Source of the DNA: the human T2T-CHM13v2.0 reference genome, Homo sapiens
Reading direction: 5' to 3' (one strand)
NCBI RefSeq assembly: GCF_009914755.1
Contig: NC_060940.1
DNA: 64,000 nt
The number at the start of each line of letters is the position of its first letter. The first letter of the stretch is position 1. A program made the translations under genes and the position numbers. The notes below the pieces were generated by a model. The model did no database searches. It had not been told where the DNA came from and saw only the letters and a list, made by a program, of their open reading frames with translations. Below are positions 49,641 through 62,550 of this stretch, in pieces.

Positions 49641-50034
49641 GGAAGTATCAGAGCCAGAATGGAAAGACAGGCCAGGGGCTGGGCTTGCCCATCTTGGTCT
49701 GCTGCCCCGTCCTACTGGGGTGGGCCCCTGTGGTCGCAGCCTTTCCCTGTCCCCTCCCCAAACTGGCAGCAAGGCGGCTTCGTGGCTGTGCAGCCTCAGC
49801 AGTCACACAGGCCCCACACTCAGGAGGGCCTACGCTTGGTTTTATTGCCCTGGTGTTGCCATCTTGATGCGCTTAATCATTTTGGAACAGGAGGTCCCCA
49901 TTTTCATTTTGCACTGGGGTCCCTCCAGCCCCATAGCCCCGATTCCCTGTCCAGGTCAGGCAGAGGCCCAGGCAGGCTGAGATGTGGCAGCAGGGCCTAG
50001 ATGCCCAGAGCCTCGGCCCTGCACACGCCAGGAG

Positions 50035-50294
50035 GTGCCCTTTATGGAGCAGCCTCCTGGGGGGCCTGGCCTGGGTCCTCCTTCTCCCCAGCTCTAGAGA
50101 TGGAGACCTGTGCCCTCCCACCACCCCCTCCCCCACTGTGGTAGAAATTCCTCTTAGACTGTGCCCTCCATGGAGGAGCAGCCTTCCAGGGGGCCCGGCC
50201 TGGGTCCTCCCTCTGCCCAGCTCTAGAGATCGAGACCTGCACCCTCCCTCCCTCTCCCTCGACTGCAGCGGAAATTCCTCTGAGCCTGTGCCCT
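50035..50294. repeat. Old two-copy ~127-bp tandem duplication
   Basis: ggagcagcc...ggcctgggtcctcc...cccagctctagagat.gagacctg...gaaattcctc...ctgtgccct occurs twice, with substitutions and small indels. Confidence 0.85.
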
Positions 50295-51429
50295 AGATCT
50301 GTCACAGCCCCCCGCAGCAGGTGCGCCCATCTGACTTCTGGGGCGGGTCCTGGGGGAGGGGCTGGGGGCTGAGGGAGGGGAGGGGTCTGTTGCTTTCCTG
50401 CTGCCCCTGCAACTCCTCCCCTTGAGTGGGTTTTGAGGGGGGATCTGGGCTTGATGGGAATGTCTGAGAGGGAAGGGGAGAGGGAGAGACGGTGTAGGAT
50501 GAGGATGGCCTGGGAATGGGCAGCAGAAATTCCCTCTCCTGACGTCTCCACGCAGCTCTGTGACTCCATCCCTGCCTGTGTGTACCTCAATTTCCTCATC
50601 TGTGCAAGAGGCCTGGGCTGAGGGTTGACCAGGGGCCGTGCACCCAGTGGGCCCTTCGGCTGTAGGTGGATCTGTGGGTCCCATGTTCCCCAGGCAGGAA
50701 GCTGAGGCCACAGGGGACTTGTGTGTGCCTAAGTCCTTGGTACCCCACCAGCCCCATGTAGTCACCCCAGAAGGCAGGTGGGGTCTGGGGCTCCCGGATC
50801 TCACCAGTGTGGTTGGCGTGGGTCTGCATTTCCAGGGCCAGAACCCTGCTGGGCAGCTTCCAGAAGCTTCTTTAAGCTGTCTGCATCATCGTACCCCCCA
50901 ACCTCTACAGCCTTCCAGAAACGTTAGGAGTCAGGGGTCACTGAGTGGCCTTGCCCAGCCCTGGGTTAATGGGGTAGCTCCTTGAACTTCCTGTTCTCTC
51001 CTCCAAAAGTTCACCCCTAAACTCCTCTCCTCTCCTTCCCTTGCTCTTAGCAAAGCAGCCCGTGAAGGTATCAGAGCGCAGGAGTCCTGCAAGCCAGCTT
51101 TTCTTATTCCAGTTCTGCAGGTAGGGAATTTGCCCAGAGAGCTCAAGACACTGTCTCCGGCCACTGTGGATCCTGGCCCAGCCCATCCTAGCCCTGAGTC
51201 CAGCCCCAGCATCCCGGCGTCTCTGCTCAGTCAGCCACACTCCAGTGCGATTCTGCCAATCTGCCCTCTCCCTGGTTGATCTTTCATTTTACTTGGGGTA
51301 ACTCTTAGCCTAGAATGCAGGAGGTGGAATTTGTTTTTCCCAGGAACAGGGGGCCTCCCTTCCTCTGTGGGGGCTAACAGTGAAACTCGGCCCAGAGTGT
51401 GAAGGCGGGGACCTCGGTAGCCCCAGTGG

Positions 51430-52300
51430 GGTTAGGATTTGACCTCCCAGAGAGTCCCGGGAGGCAGCTCTAGCCCCAGGCCCGGCCAACTGGGCAAGGC
51501 CCAAACCCCGAAGGGCCCGTGGGCGCCTGTCTCCTGCCCGAGGGGCGGGCCAGCTGCCTGGCAGAGTCCCCGCTGGCCAGGTGCCTGGTTCCGGGCTGGG
51601 ACCCCACGCGCGCTGCCAGGCTGCCGGGCTGGTGGTGGGAGCCCGCAGGCCAGAGTGTGGGCTGGGCTCGGTTCCCCCATCCCACGCAGTGGGCGGCCCG
51701 GGACTGTGGGGGCGGGCTGGAGGCAACCTTGAGCTCATCAGTGGGAGACATCTGCTTAAAAAATGTGGGGATGGGGAGGGGAGGTTACCGTCGAGGTCGA
51801 CGCGGCGGAGCCCGGGCAGAGGCCTACTCCCCTCCCCAGCGACTTTTGGCCTCTGAGCAGATGGCGGGGGCGGGGGCATGGGCGCAGCCGGCCGGTCTCA
51901 CAAGCTACCACACCCATGAAATTTCCCATTAAGGGAGGTGGGGCGACGAGGCGGCCTGCCCCTCCCCACAGTCCCCCAACCCTCTGAGGCCATCTGATCT
52001 CCCTCCCTGCGGACGCCTCCGCCGCCGGGCTCCCCAAGGAGGCTCCTGGGGTCACAGAGGCCCCCTGCACGCCCTCCAAACAATCTTCAACCCCCAAAAG
52101 AAGTGGGGGAGGGGCGAGGAGTGCCGAGGAGGCCTTTTTACATGTAAATAGAAGAACTGGCCTCCTGGAAGGCTTTTTTCCCTCTTCTCATTTTTATTTC
52201 TAGAAAGCAGGATGTTGCCAAGACCCGGGGCCTCCTGCTGGACCGGGAGGCAGCCGTATGGTGCCTGGGAGGAGAAATAAGGAAATAATGACATCTAGGG
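51430..52300. promoter_or_regulatory. GC/CpG-enriched regulatory-like region
   Basis: Elevated CpG density, GC boxes (gggggcggg 51708, ggcgggggcggggg ~51863) and a downstream TGTAAATA at 52143. Confidence 0.4.
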
Positions 52301-52619
52301 AGGCGGCACCCACACCCACCCTGGGGGAGGAGGGAGCTACGTGTTTGCACAGCCCTGCGGGTTCTACCAAGGAGAAGGACGAGGAGGGGCAGCCACATGC
52401 TCGGGGGATTGGGATCGGAGACCAGGAAGGGATCTGGGCTGGAGCCTCAGCCTGCGCAGGAGCCGCCTGTCCTACCTGTCTCCTGCCCCACCTGGACCTG
52501 TTTCCCCACTTAAAAAAGTCAATCTGCCTCCTAGTTACCTTCCTCCTGTCTAGGAATCCACAGATCAGGGCTGGGGGATCCAGGAGGCCGAACACCACCG
52601 CCTAGAGCTAGCAGGGGCT

Positions 52620-52820
52620 ATGTTCAGTGGTTGGACCGGCTCTGGGTTTAAATCTCCCTCCCACCCTTTCGCTGTGTGGTGTCAGGCATGTTGCTGAACC
52701 TTTCTGAGCCTGCCTCCTTGATGACAATAGTACCTGCCTCCCATCATAGGGTTGCATGGGGATTAAGTCACTTATGTGTGGAAGGTGCATAAATAACAGC
52801 TATTCTAACTAGTGTTATTA
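52620..52820 (+). mobile_element. MIR
   Basis: aatagtacctgcctcccatcatagggttgcatggggattaa. Confidence 0.7.
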
Positions 52821-53299
52821 CTGCTCAGGAGCTAGTTCCGTGTCCGAAGCTCTTCCAGGCTCATCTGGGGGAGGCGGGAGAGGGGTTCTGTTCTCAGCAC
52901 CCCAGGGGCTGCCTACCTTTCTCTGTGTCCCCCGGATAGGATACTGTGTTTTCGTCTCTGCCTCCCCCGTCAGTCTGTGAGCCCCCACGGGGTACCTAAC
53001 ACAGGTAGACACTCTGTAGAGTGTGTGGAATGAGAGAGTGAATGAATGAAGACTTGATACTCCAGATGCTGGAGGATTCAGCCCAGCCCGGGGGACCTTG
53101 CAAGGCCATGCGGTGGTGTCTTTCCGGGTCTGTGCTGCTCCTTGCTGGGGAAAGTGGGGAGTGGTGGCCTCTGGGGAGGGACAGGAGGCGGAGGGGCGCA
53201 CCCCGCTCTGTTCTTGGTACCCGCGCCTGCCCAGAGGTCCTTCGTGGGCAACATCAGCTGCCGCCTGGAGAGGCTCTGTGGTGGTGGACCTGCTCTAAA

Positions 53300-53480
53300 C
53301 GCTGCCTCACTTAATCCTCGGGACAATCTAGAAGGTAGGTGCTGTCAGCCTCTTCTTTTACAGATGGGGAAACTGAGACCCACAGCAGTGGAGTCACTTG
53401 CCCATGCTCTTACAGCTCGGAAGGGAGTCACCAGAATTCACACCAAGCAGTTGCTTCCAGAGCCTGCGTGTCCCAGCCAC
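53300..53480 (-). mobile_element. MIR
   Basis: ttttacagatggggaaactgagacccacag...gtcacttgccca. Confidence 0.75.
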
Positions 53481-54349
53481 AGCCTCTTGGGCCTCTGTTT
53501 TTTGAATGACTGCTTGAGCGAGTGATCGCTGCCTTGAGTTCTTGGGGAACTTTGTATAAAGTAGGTGTGAGCACCTGAGTTTCAGGGGTGAAGAAGCAAA
53601 GGGTGCTGGGACACTCAGCTGTGGCTGGCAGAGCTGGGACCAGCCCTCAGGTCTGTGGGCACTGTCTGTGCAGCTCCCGTACTGACCACTGCGTCCTGGG
53701 AATCTACCCGTGCAGTCCTAGGGTAGGGATCCCCCCGCGGCCTCCTGCCTGCCTCCAGGGGCCACCTGAGCAGGTGTGGGCCTGCACCTCTGCCCCAGGC
53801 CCTGTGATCAGAGTCAACCTCCCCACACGGTGAGGCAAAGCCAAGATCACCCACAAAGCCCAGGGGAACATGAGAGCCTCCTGACCTGCCCTCTGGCCCT
53901 CTGAGGCCCCCAGCCAGGGCTGTCAGGGGTCATTCAGCAGCCACTCTGTCTGCAGACCCGGGGGACGTGCCCTGCCTGCCCTGGCCCCTCACCCGGCACT
54001 GACCTGGATGGTGATTTATGTGGCTGAGGCAAAAAGCCACTGAGGTGGGGCCCGGGAACAGGGGTTAGGACAGCCAGGAGGCACCAAGAATGAGGGTGGT
54101 GGCCTGCCCCATGACCCAGGTGGCCAGAGAGGGGCAGTGGGGGCGGCCTCGGGCGCTGGCCTCCCTGGGGCAAGATGAGGCCTTGATTCCTGCCATCTGG
54201 CTCTCTCAGCCTTGGAGGCTGGGGGTGCCCCTCCACCACTGGCTCAAATGGCCGAGCAGGAGGGGGAGAGACAGATGGCAGTGGGCTCACAGAGGTAGAG
54301 GGTGTACTTTGTTCAGAGGCACTCACAGGCGGGGAAACACACGGTCTGT

Positions 54350-54860
54350 CACACACACACACACACACACACACCCCAGGCGTCACACTGAGGTGCTTTG
54401 TAATTCTCGGCCTGTGTCAGTGGGGGGTGGGCTTCTGATGGGCCTGCAGGTCCAGCCTCGCCTGGTGAAGACACTCCCCAACACACACAGACATGCATGT
54501 GCACACACATACATGCAACAAAAGTGCACACACAGGTGCTCAGAGAGCCACAGATCCACATGCATGCACACACACAGACACACACACAAAAGTGAGTGCA
54601 CACATGTGCACAGAGATTACAGATCCACAGGCACAGATGCATGCATGCACACACAGACACATAAACTCACAGGCATGCACACATATGTGTACACAGGTAC
54701 ACACAGGCATGCACACCCACAGATACATACATGCATGCACACAGGCATACGCAGAGACACTCAGGTACACAGACACACATTATTACATATGTGCACATGC
54801 ATGCATATGCAAATATGCACAGTACACAGACTGCACAGAGCTCCACAGACATACACTTGC
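54350..54860. repeat. (CA)n and degenerate CA/CATG-rich repeat
   Basis: Pure (CA)12 at 54350 and a degenerate tract at 54480-54860. Confidence 0.9.
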
Positions 54861-55943
54861 ACCTTCGGGTTTAAGCCCTGAGCAAATTGACATCCCGTGT
54901 CTTGTTCTCCACAGTGTCTCCAGTGCCAAGCATGGGGCTGGGTGTGGTAAATGTTTGTCGAGTCAGTGAATGCATGGATGGCTCGAACCGTGTCTTGACT
55001 CAGCAACACCGGGACCAGTGGGGTCTGGAGGTGAGGATCAGGAGACAGTCAGCCCTCTGCTTTGCTGGAGACTGGGGAACACCTTTAGGACATTCAGAGA
55101 AGGACAGCTGCAGGCACAACTTGCTCTAGCAAATCACAAGCCTGGATTGAGGCCTCAGGATTCCTTGTACCGTGTTCCTTTCCACTGCCCAGAGATAGCC
55201 AGCTGCTGGACTAAGCACTTGCCATCTGGGGGAGGCGCTTCCTTGGGTTCCAGAAGTTTCACGTGCATCTGAGATGAACCTGCTGCAGCAGGAGACGGAC
55301 AGCTGGCCAGTCCTAAACATCGTCTTTCTCACACCCACCCCAGAATGAGGACTCGGCTGCTGATCTTCAGCCGACACTGGGAGGACCTGGGGTTAACTTT
55401 GCCAAGGGCCACACCAGATTCCCTGGCTGGGGTCAGTGGTCACTGGTCAGCTGGATGCTAACCTGACTGGGTCTCATTCCCTGCAGCTTTTACTTTTTTC
55501 AGGTTGGGTAAGTTCTGGTGCTGAGGCCCCAGGAACCATCACGGGGGCACAGCGCGGCCTGGAATATGCCCGTGGAGGTGGGGCCTTGCTGGGAGCTTTT
55601 CCTGCAGCTTTGGAAACTGTGGGCTGCAGTGAAGCCAGGCAGGCCACATCTGTGCCCTGGGAGGCCAACTGGCTCAGCCCCGGCCTGGCTTCCCGAGGAC
55701 GCGGTCCCACCGGAGTCCTCACCCATCATGCGGGGCCTCGTGGCAATTCGAGCCCTGGGCCACTTGCCGGGGGTGGGCCTGAAATGCACACGTCCAGCCA
55801 GCTCCCGGGAGGCCAACGCATATGCTGGGCCACACCTGAGGAACGAGGGGCTGGCGGGGAGATGGGTGGCAGCTGATCCCAGTGCTGTGGCAGCAGAGTG
55901 TGGACTTCAGGGAATTCCCTGGGGGCTGCGGGATGGGGATAGG

Positions 55944-56155
55944 CTGGGGTTTCTCAGCCTCGGCACTGTTGGCATTTGGGCTGGCTCCTCCTTTGTGGTG
56001 GGGGCTGTCCTGTGGATTGTAGGCCGTTTAGCACCATCTCTGGCCTCGACCCACCAGATGTCAGTAGCACCCCCCAATTGTCAAAACCAAAAATGTCTGC
56101 AGACATTGCCATTTGTCCGCTGGGGGGCACAGTCACCTCCTAGTTGAGAATCACG
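55944..56155. mobile_element. MER20, near complete
   Basis: ttctcagcctcggcactgttggcatttggg...ggggctgtcctgtg...aaccaaaaatgtctgcagacattgcca...gttgagaatcac. Confidence 0.92.
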
Positions 56156-56187
56156 GGGTTAAGAGACACTCACAAAACAGGGGACGT

Positions 56188-56490
56188 GGTCTGGCGTGGT
56201 GGCTCACGCCTGCGGTCCCAGCACTTTGGGAGGCTGAGGTGGGTGGATCACCTGAGGTCAGGAGTTTGAGACCAGCCTGACCAACATGGTGAAACCCCAC
56301 CTCTACTAAAAATGCGAAAATTAGCTGGGCGTAGTGGTGTGCGCCTGTAATCCCAGCTACTCAGGAGGCTGAAATCGCTTCAACCTGGGAGGCAGAGGTT
56401 GCAGTGAGCCAAGATCTCACCACTGCACTCCAGCCTGGGTGTCAGAGTGAGACTCCGTCTCAAAACACAAAAACAAAAAACAAAACAAAA
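56188..56490 (+). mobile_element. AluS
   Basis: Full Alu with a small deletion in the right monomer (ggctga^aatcgctt); (CAAAA)n tail. Confidence 0.95.
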
Positions 56491-56629
56491 CATAGGACAT
56501 TTGAGCTGGGTCTTGAGGGGTGTGTAGGAGTTTTCCAGGAAAGGCTGTTGTGATAGAAGGAAGGATCAGAGAAAGACACCAGGATTGATGGCAGTGGGCT
56601 CCTCCTTGGCCTCCCTGCCTCCCCTCTAA

Positions 56630-57288
56630 CCCCTGCAATGCTTTCTCCTCGCAGCAGCCAGAGGGACCATTTTAGAACATCCGAGAGCCCATTTCACTTC
56701 CCTCGCCAAAACCCCCTACATCATAGCAGCTCCCTGTGCCGCTTGCAATAAAATCCCAACTCTTCACGATGGCCTAAAAGCCTTGCGTGCTGTGGCTTCT
56801 AGCGGCCTTGTCCAGCTTCATCTCCACCTCCACGTGGGCCCCTGCTGCAGCCACACTGACCACCTTGCTGGTCTCCAAACAGCCAGATCTGTTTCTGCCT
56901 CAGGGCCTTTGCACCTGCTGTTGTGGATGGCCTGGAGATCCTTCTGCCAAATATTCCCAGAACTTAGTCCTGCCGTCGTTTCAGGCCTCAGCTCAGGTAT
57001 CACCTCCTCAGAGAGGCCTTTGCTGCCCCCCTCCTCCTTAAATAGCTGTTCTGCTGCCTCCTTCACTGGCTTTGTTTCTGTTATGGGGCCCCCAGTTGCT
57101 GCAACACTGTTCCTTGTTTGCGTGCTTGTTTACCGTCCTGGCCCCATCTCAGCATCAGCCCCACATGGGCAGGGACTTCTATCCTGTTCCCTGCTGCATC
57201 CTGGCCCAGCGCTGGGTGTCCAGCAGGTGGTGGACAAATGTTTATTGAATGAATGGATGAATGAATGAATGAATGAATGAATGAATGA
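56630..57288 (+). mobile_element. L2a 3' region with (TGAA)n tail
   Basis: gcagccagagggacc...ctgcctcagggcctttgcacctgctg...tcacctcctcagagaggcct...aaatgtttattgaatgaatg. Confidence 0.88.
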
Positions 57289-57569
57289 AGGGATAGAGAG
57301 AGGGGAGCCTCGGGCAGGCTAGAGGGGATGATGTGTTGGGAAGCACAGGAGGTAAACTGAGGCTGGGTGTTGCACAGCATCTAGGATCTGGCCAAGTGGT
57401 CATTGGGAATTTTTGGCAGGAGACAGGTGTGACGTGACTGCTGTTAGATTTTGTGCCTGCTGCTGCAAACCCAGAGGGCACCCAGGTGGCATCGTGAGCC
57501 AGGCGACCCATCAGGTGGAGAGGCAGCCCCTGGCCCCCTTGCTTGACAGCAGCTGCCCCCTTAGCTCCC

Positions 57570-58000
57570 GTATTAGTGGCTGCAGTAACATATTACCACA
57601 AATGCCGTGGTTGGAAATGACAGGAATGCATCTCTCACGGTTCCAGAGGCCAGAAGTCCGACATCAAGGTGTTGGTGGGGTTGATTTCTCCTGGAGGTCC
57701 CCGGAGGAAATCCATCCTTGTCCCTTCCGAGTTCCGGTGGCCGTTGGTGACCCGTGGTGTCCCGCAGCTAGTGGCTGCATCACCCTGACCCCTGGCTCCG
57801 TCCGCCCATGGCGTCCTCCCTGTGAGCTCTGTGTCTTCTTTTAAGGACACCTGTCATTGGATCGAGGGCCCACCCTACAGTGGCATGGTCTCATCTGAGA
57901 TCTCTGATTGATGACATCTGCGAAGATCCTCTTCCCAGTAAGGTCCTAGCCTAAGGTTTGAGATGGAAGTGAATGTGGTTGGGGGGGCACCGGCCAGCCC
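57570..58000 (-). mobile_element. MLT1 (B/C-like) solo LTR
   Basis: ggctgcagtaacatattaccacaaa...gaggccagaagtccgacatcaaggtgttgg...taaggacacctgtcattggatcgagggcccaccct. Confidence 0.85.
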
Positions 58001-58149
58001 GGTGCAGCCCCCATTTCCTCCCCAGCGTGCTGCTGCCCGCTCCGTGAGGGGCTGTCCTCAGCACACCATGGCCCGCCAGGCCCCAGACCACCCTCTCCAG
58101 GCCCATCTCGCCCGTTTCTCCCTTTGGTCCCTGTACCCCAAGAGGCAGC

Positions 58150-58360
58150 GCAGTGCAGCGCATGGCCCAGAGCCTGGCCTGGCTCCCACTGGCTGACCTC
58201 GGGCCAGTGTCTTCACCTCCATGTGGCCACTTCTCCACCTGTAAAACAGAGCTAGGACAATGACCTTCCTCCTCATGTTACTGAGATCCAGTGAGGAAAT
58301 GGATGGAAGGCGCTTCCACCTGGCCCATGGTAATGTTTATATAAGCGTTAACTGTTATTA
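58150..58360 (+). mobile_element. MIR
   Basis: tgacctcgggccagtgtcttcacctc...cacctgtaaaacagag. Confidence 0.6.
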
Positions 58361-58801
58361 TTCTGGGTAGAAACTTAAGTAGTATTAATACAAAAAGTAA
58401 AAACTCAGAGAAGCATAGGTTCAGATGCTTCCTGCTGTTCCCGTGGCGTGTGCCGAGTGCAGCGGGGAACCGAGGCCTGGCAGCAGGAGGTGCAATGCCA
58501 CATCCCCACCCGCCTGCCTTCCCTGCTGGAGAGTCCTCGCACCAGAGGGGCCTAGCGTTTGGCTGACAGAGGGACCTCGGAGCCGGATAGCCCAGCGGGG
58601 AAAGTGCCAGGCAGGTCCCTCTGCCTGGGTGCCCCAGCCTCTCGGAGCTTCAGCTCCCAGCCCAGCTACAGGATGAGATCGCGCCCACTCTCAGTGACCT
58701 ATGGCGACCAGAAAGCACATCTGCAGAAGCTGTGGGCCGGCCCACCTGTGATAAAGGGGGCCCTGGGGGTGGCTGCCACGTTCCGGGAGACAAGGGGGCG
58801 C

Positions 58802-59105
<304 letters not shown>

Positions 59106-60299
59106 AGGGGGGTGCTTTCTAGCCAGCCCAAAGGACATAAGCAAAGGCAACCAGGGGACAGTGTCTCAAGAGGCTCTGAAGGGCTTTGTCCAGGGAGGCG
59201 AGAGAGATGGCAGGAAGTTCATAGGTGCCGTTTCCAGCTCAGCCAGGCCTGAGTTCGCACTGCAGGAGGCCGCTGGCGTTGAGAGCTGCCGAGTCTGGTT
59301 TAGTTGGAGAGGCAACACCGGACAGCCTGAGGAACCCTGGGGAGGGGCTTCTGGGGCATTCTGTTTCCTGGGTTATGGTCCAGAGGGCAAAGGTCACGGC
59401 CTGCCAGCTTGGCAGTGCCCTGGTTGCAGGTGTCCCCAGGACCTCTGCCGTCTGCTTGGGGTAAGTCCTTCAACCCTCTCCATGCATGTGCACACATGCA
59501 CACGTGCACACACGCTATAGCCGGGCTCCGTGTTGCTAGAAAAGCTGCCTCCTGTGACCCACTGAACCAGCATCCAGCACAGGCCTGATCTCTCATGCCA
59601 TCGCTGTGCTGGGCCCCTGCCCCAGTCCCTCTCCTCCGCCCCCTCCAGCCTCCAAGGGACTGTTTCCACTGTGGGAGCAGAAGCTCAGGATTGCTGACCC
59701 TGGGGTGTCCCGCCCATGCCCCTTCCCGCGGCGCTGGCTGTGCCTCCCCCGCCTCCCCACTGCCCACGTTGTCACAGGAGGCCCAGGTGTGTCGCCGGCT
59801 CCGCAGCAGCCAGATCTTGAGCCGCTTTTCATGCTTCAGGTTTCCCGCCGCACGCAGGCAGGGGAGCGGGGGCTGTCTTTTCTGCACGCCTTGCCCTTGA
59901 TCTTCCCTGGCTTTATCTTCCAGCCTGAATCGCTGGTGGCACCCCACAGGGCCCCCTTGTTCTGAGCCACCTGAGACTGGGCATCGGGGTGCCACACACC
60001 TGACTGCCCTCCCCCATGGGGCCCCTTGCTGCTTGCTCTCCTCTCCCGGGAGCAGCTGCCACGTGCGGTAATTAGAGGCTGACACCAGGTGTGGCCGCCA
60101 CTGCTGCTAGCACAGTGGAGAGGCGAGTGTGCTGCTACCTGCTCCAGCGAACCCCCCCACTCTGCAAAGGAGGCAGACCGTGAACATGGGGGGCGGGAGA
60201 GGCTGAGGAAAGGTGGGCTGGACCAGCCCTCAGAGTGCTCGCTGGCGGCCACGCACAGCGAGGGGGGGCGGCCAGTCCCCAGACCCCTCACAGGTGCAG

Positions 60300-60500
60300 G
60301 CCCAGATTCTGTTGAGCTAAGCTTTGCGTGGCGGGCGGCTGGCAGCGATCTGCTGAGCCTTCCAAAGGTAGCAGCCATCTGCACTGTGATAAAAAGCCCT
60401 GAGGATGATAAATAGACAAGTCGCACTTTTATTGGATTGCAGTTTGGGAGCAGCCACTTTGGGTTTGGCACTGTGTTAACGACAGATTTCTGCTTCCCTT
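60300..60500. promoter_or_regulatory. Candidate enhancer
   Basis: TGATAA 60387, TGATAAAT 60406, TTTTATTGG 60427, TGTTAAC; repeat-free. Confidence 0.35.
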
Positions 60501-60689
60501 GCAAGGCCTGGCCTCTCGGGGAGCGCGCCAGCAGCAGCAGCCCTCTCCTGGCTCGAGGGAGAGCTCCCCCCAGCCGCCCTGGTGGGTGGCTGGCCTGCTC
60601 CCATTGGCCCCTGCAGCCATGCTGCCCTTGTGGGATTTCTGCTGGGGGCCCGCCTTGCAGCTCGCTGGGGTCAGGCTGATGAGTTCACA

Positions 60690-60900
60690 TCCCGGCACTG
60701 TCACCTAGTAACTGTGTGTCTTCAGGCGGGTGTCCTAACCTCTCTGTGCTGCCAGTGCCCCATCTGTGAAATGGGCAAATAATGGCATTTACCTAACAGG
60801 CTTGGGAGGTTCCACGGGTAACGGCTGTGCGTGTAGCATTTGGAAGAGTGCCTGGGTGCACACACAGTGAGCGTTCTGTAAACATTAGCTGCTGGTATCA
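60690..60900 (+). mobile_element. MIR
   Basis: aacctctctgtgc...catctgtgaaatgggcaaataat...gtaaacattagctg. Confidence 0.7.
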
Positions 60901-62179
60901 GCGCCATGAGCAGCCTGATTGGTAGTATGATTGCTTCCAGAGAGCCCCGCCTGGCCCTGGCATCCCACCAGGCAGGGAGCTGTTTGGCCTCAGCTCTGCG
61001 ACGTCGGGGCCTGTTCCCCGGAGGACCTGTATTTCCCAGGACAACAAGGCCTCTGCTGTGTCCTCCACTCATCAGTTGAACGTGGGAGCTCTGGGACCAG
61101 ATGGTCTGACTACCTCATGGTCTCTCAGCTGTGAGACCTTGGGCGGTAGCTGCAATGCTCTCTGCCTCGGTTTCCCCTTCTGTCAAGCAGGGATAAAAAC
61201 AGAACTGAACCTCATAGTGCTGGAGACGATCTGCTGTAAGCTCTTGGACCAACGCCTGGCACGTGATAGGCATGGGTGGGTGATGTCCCCCCACTCGGCA
61301 TTGCTGGTGGCTCTCCTGTTTGCCAGGAGCCCCCGGTGGGCCCAGCGTTGGCTCTGGGTTCTGCGATGACCGGGCTCATGTGGAAGGACAGCAGCAGGAG
61401 TGGAGAGCAGAGGGTAGCCCGGGGTGGGGCTCGACCCCTATGGGGTGTGGGTGGCTCAGTGGACGCCATCGAGCGGGTTCTCTGCCTGCATGGCAGGGAG
61501 ACCTACCGTGTGTTGGAGCTCAGCCCTGGGGAACGGAGGAACAAGGGAAGAGCGGGCATGGTGGAGGCGGTAGCCTGCGTCCTGTTCCGCTTGGCTTCCT
61601 GGGTGCGTTGGGCAGGTTGGCTCATCTGTCTTAGGCTCCGTTTCCTCACTGGAGCTTCCCGAGGTTCCTCCCAGGGCCCGCAACCCCGCTCCCGCTGTCC
61701 CCATCTGGCCTTCCGTTCCCTCTGCACGGGCACACCCTCCTCCTGCTCTGTGTGCCTGCTCCCTGCACCCCCATGCCCTTCAGCTTGGCTCGTCCGACCC
61801 CTCCAGCACAATGTCGGGTGCTCCATGGGCCACACGCCTTGAGCTGAGCCTCTATTTTGAGCCAGGACACAAAGCAGCCTGCCCTGAGCAGTGACCCTGC
61901 TCGGGCCTCTCACTCTGGGCCCTCTGCCCTGCTGCTTTCTGGGCCTCCGTGTCATGGGCCCTCCCAGCACCTGGGGCCATGCCGGGCCCACCTTGCCTGC
62001 TTTGCAAGCAAGAAGGCACTAGTTAGGAGTGTGCAGCACCCCCAGCCCTCCGTGGTCTGGGCCCTGTTTCCGCACAAGGATTCTTTCTTGGACCACTGTT
62101 TTGGCTACTCTGAGGCCCCAGTGGCCCTGAGAAGGCACTGGAAGAAGGCTCATATAAACACGTGGTGGCCAGGAGCTGG

Positions 62180-62360
62180 GGTTCACAGTTCAGGGTTCAA
62201 GTCCCAGATTCACCACTTGACCTTGGGCAGATGACCTCTCTGGACTTTGACTTTCTCATCTGAAAAACGGGGCAGTTAAAGGAACCAGCCACACTGGTGC
62301 GCTGTGAGGACGGAGGACTCAGGTTGGCTACGGAGCTGGCTCACGCAGGTGCTCAGCACA
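62180..62360 (+). mobile_element. MIR
   Basis: gggttcaagtcccag...tgaccttgggcagatgacctctctgga...ctcatctgaaaaacggg. Confidence 0.7.
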
Positions 62361-62399
62361 TACCAGCTGTCACCAGCTGTCACCATCATGGGCCAGGCG

Positions 62400-62550
62400 C
62401 CTGCTCCGTGCCTGTTTCCTCATTTCACCCTCACAGCAACCCTGTGAGGTGTCACATCTTCCCACTAACCAGATGAGGCCACGGAGGCTCTGTGGGGCTC
62501 GGAGCTTCTGTAGGATCACCCAGGTACCCAGCAGTGGAGGCTGAATTGAG
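62400..62550 (-). mobile_element. MIR
   Basis: cctcatttcaccctcacagcaaccctgtgaggt...cagatgagg. Confidence 0.65.
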
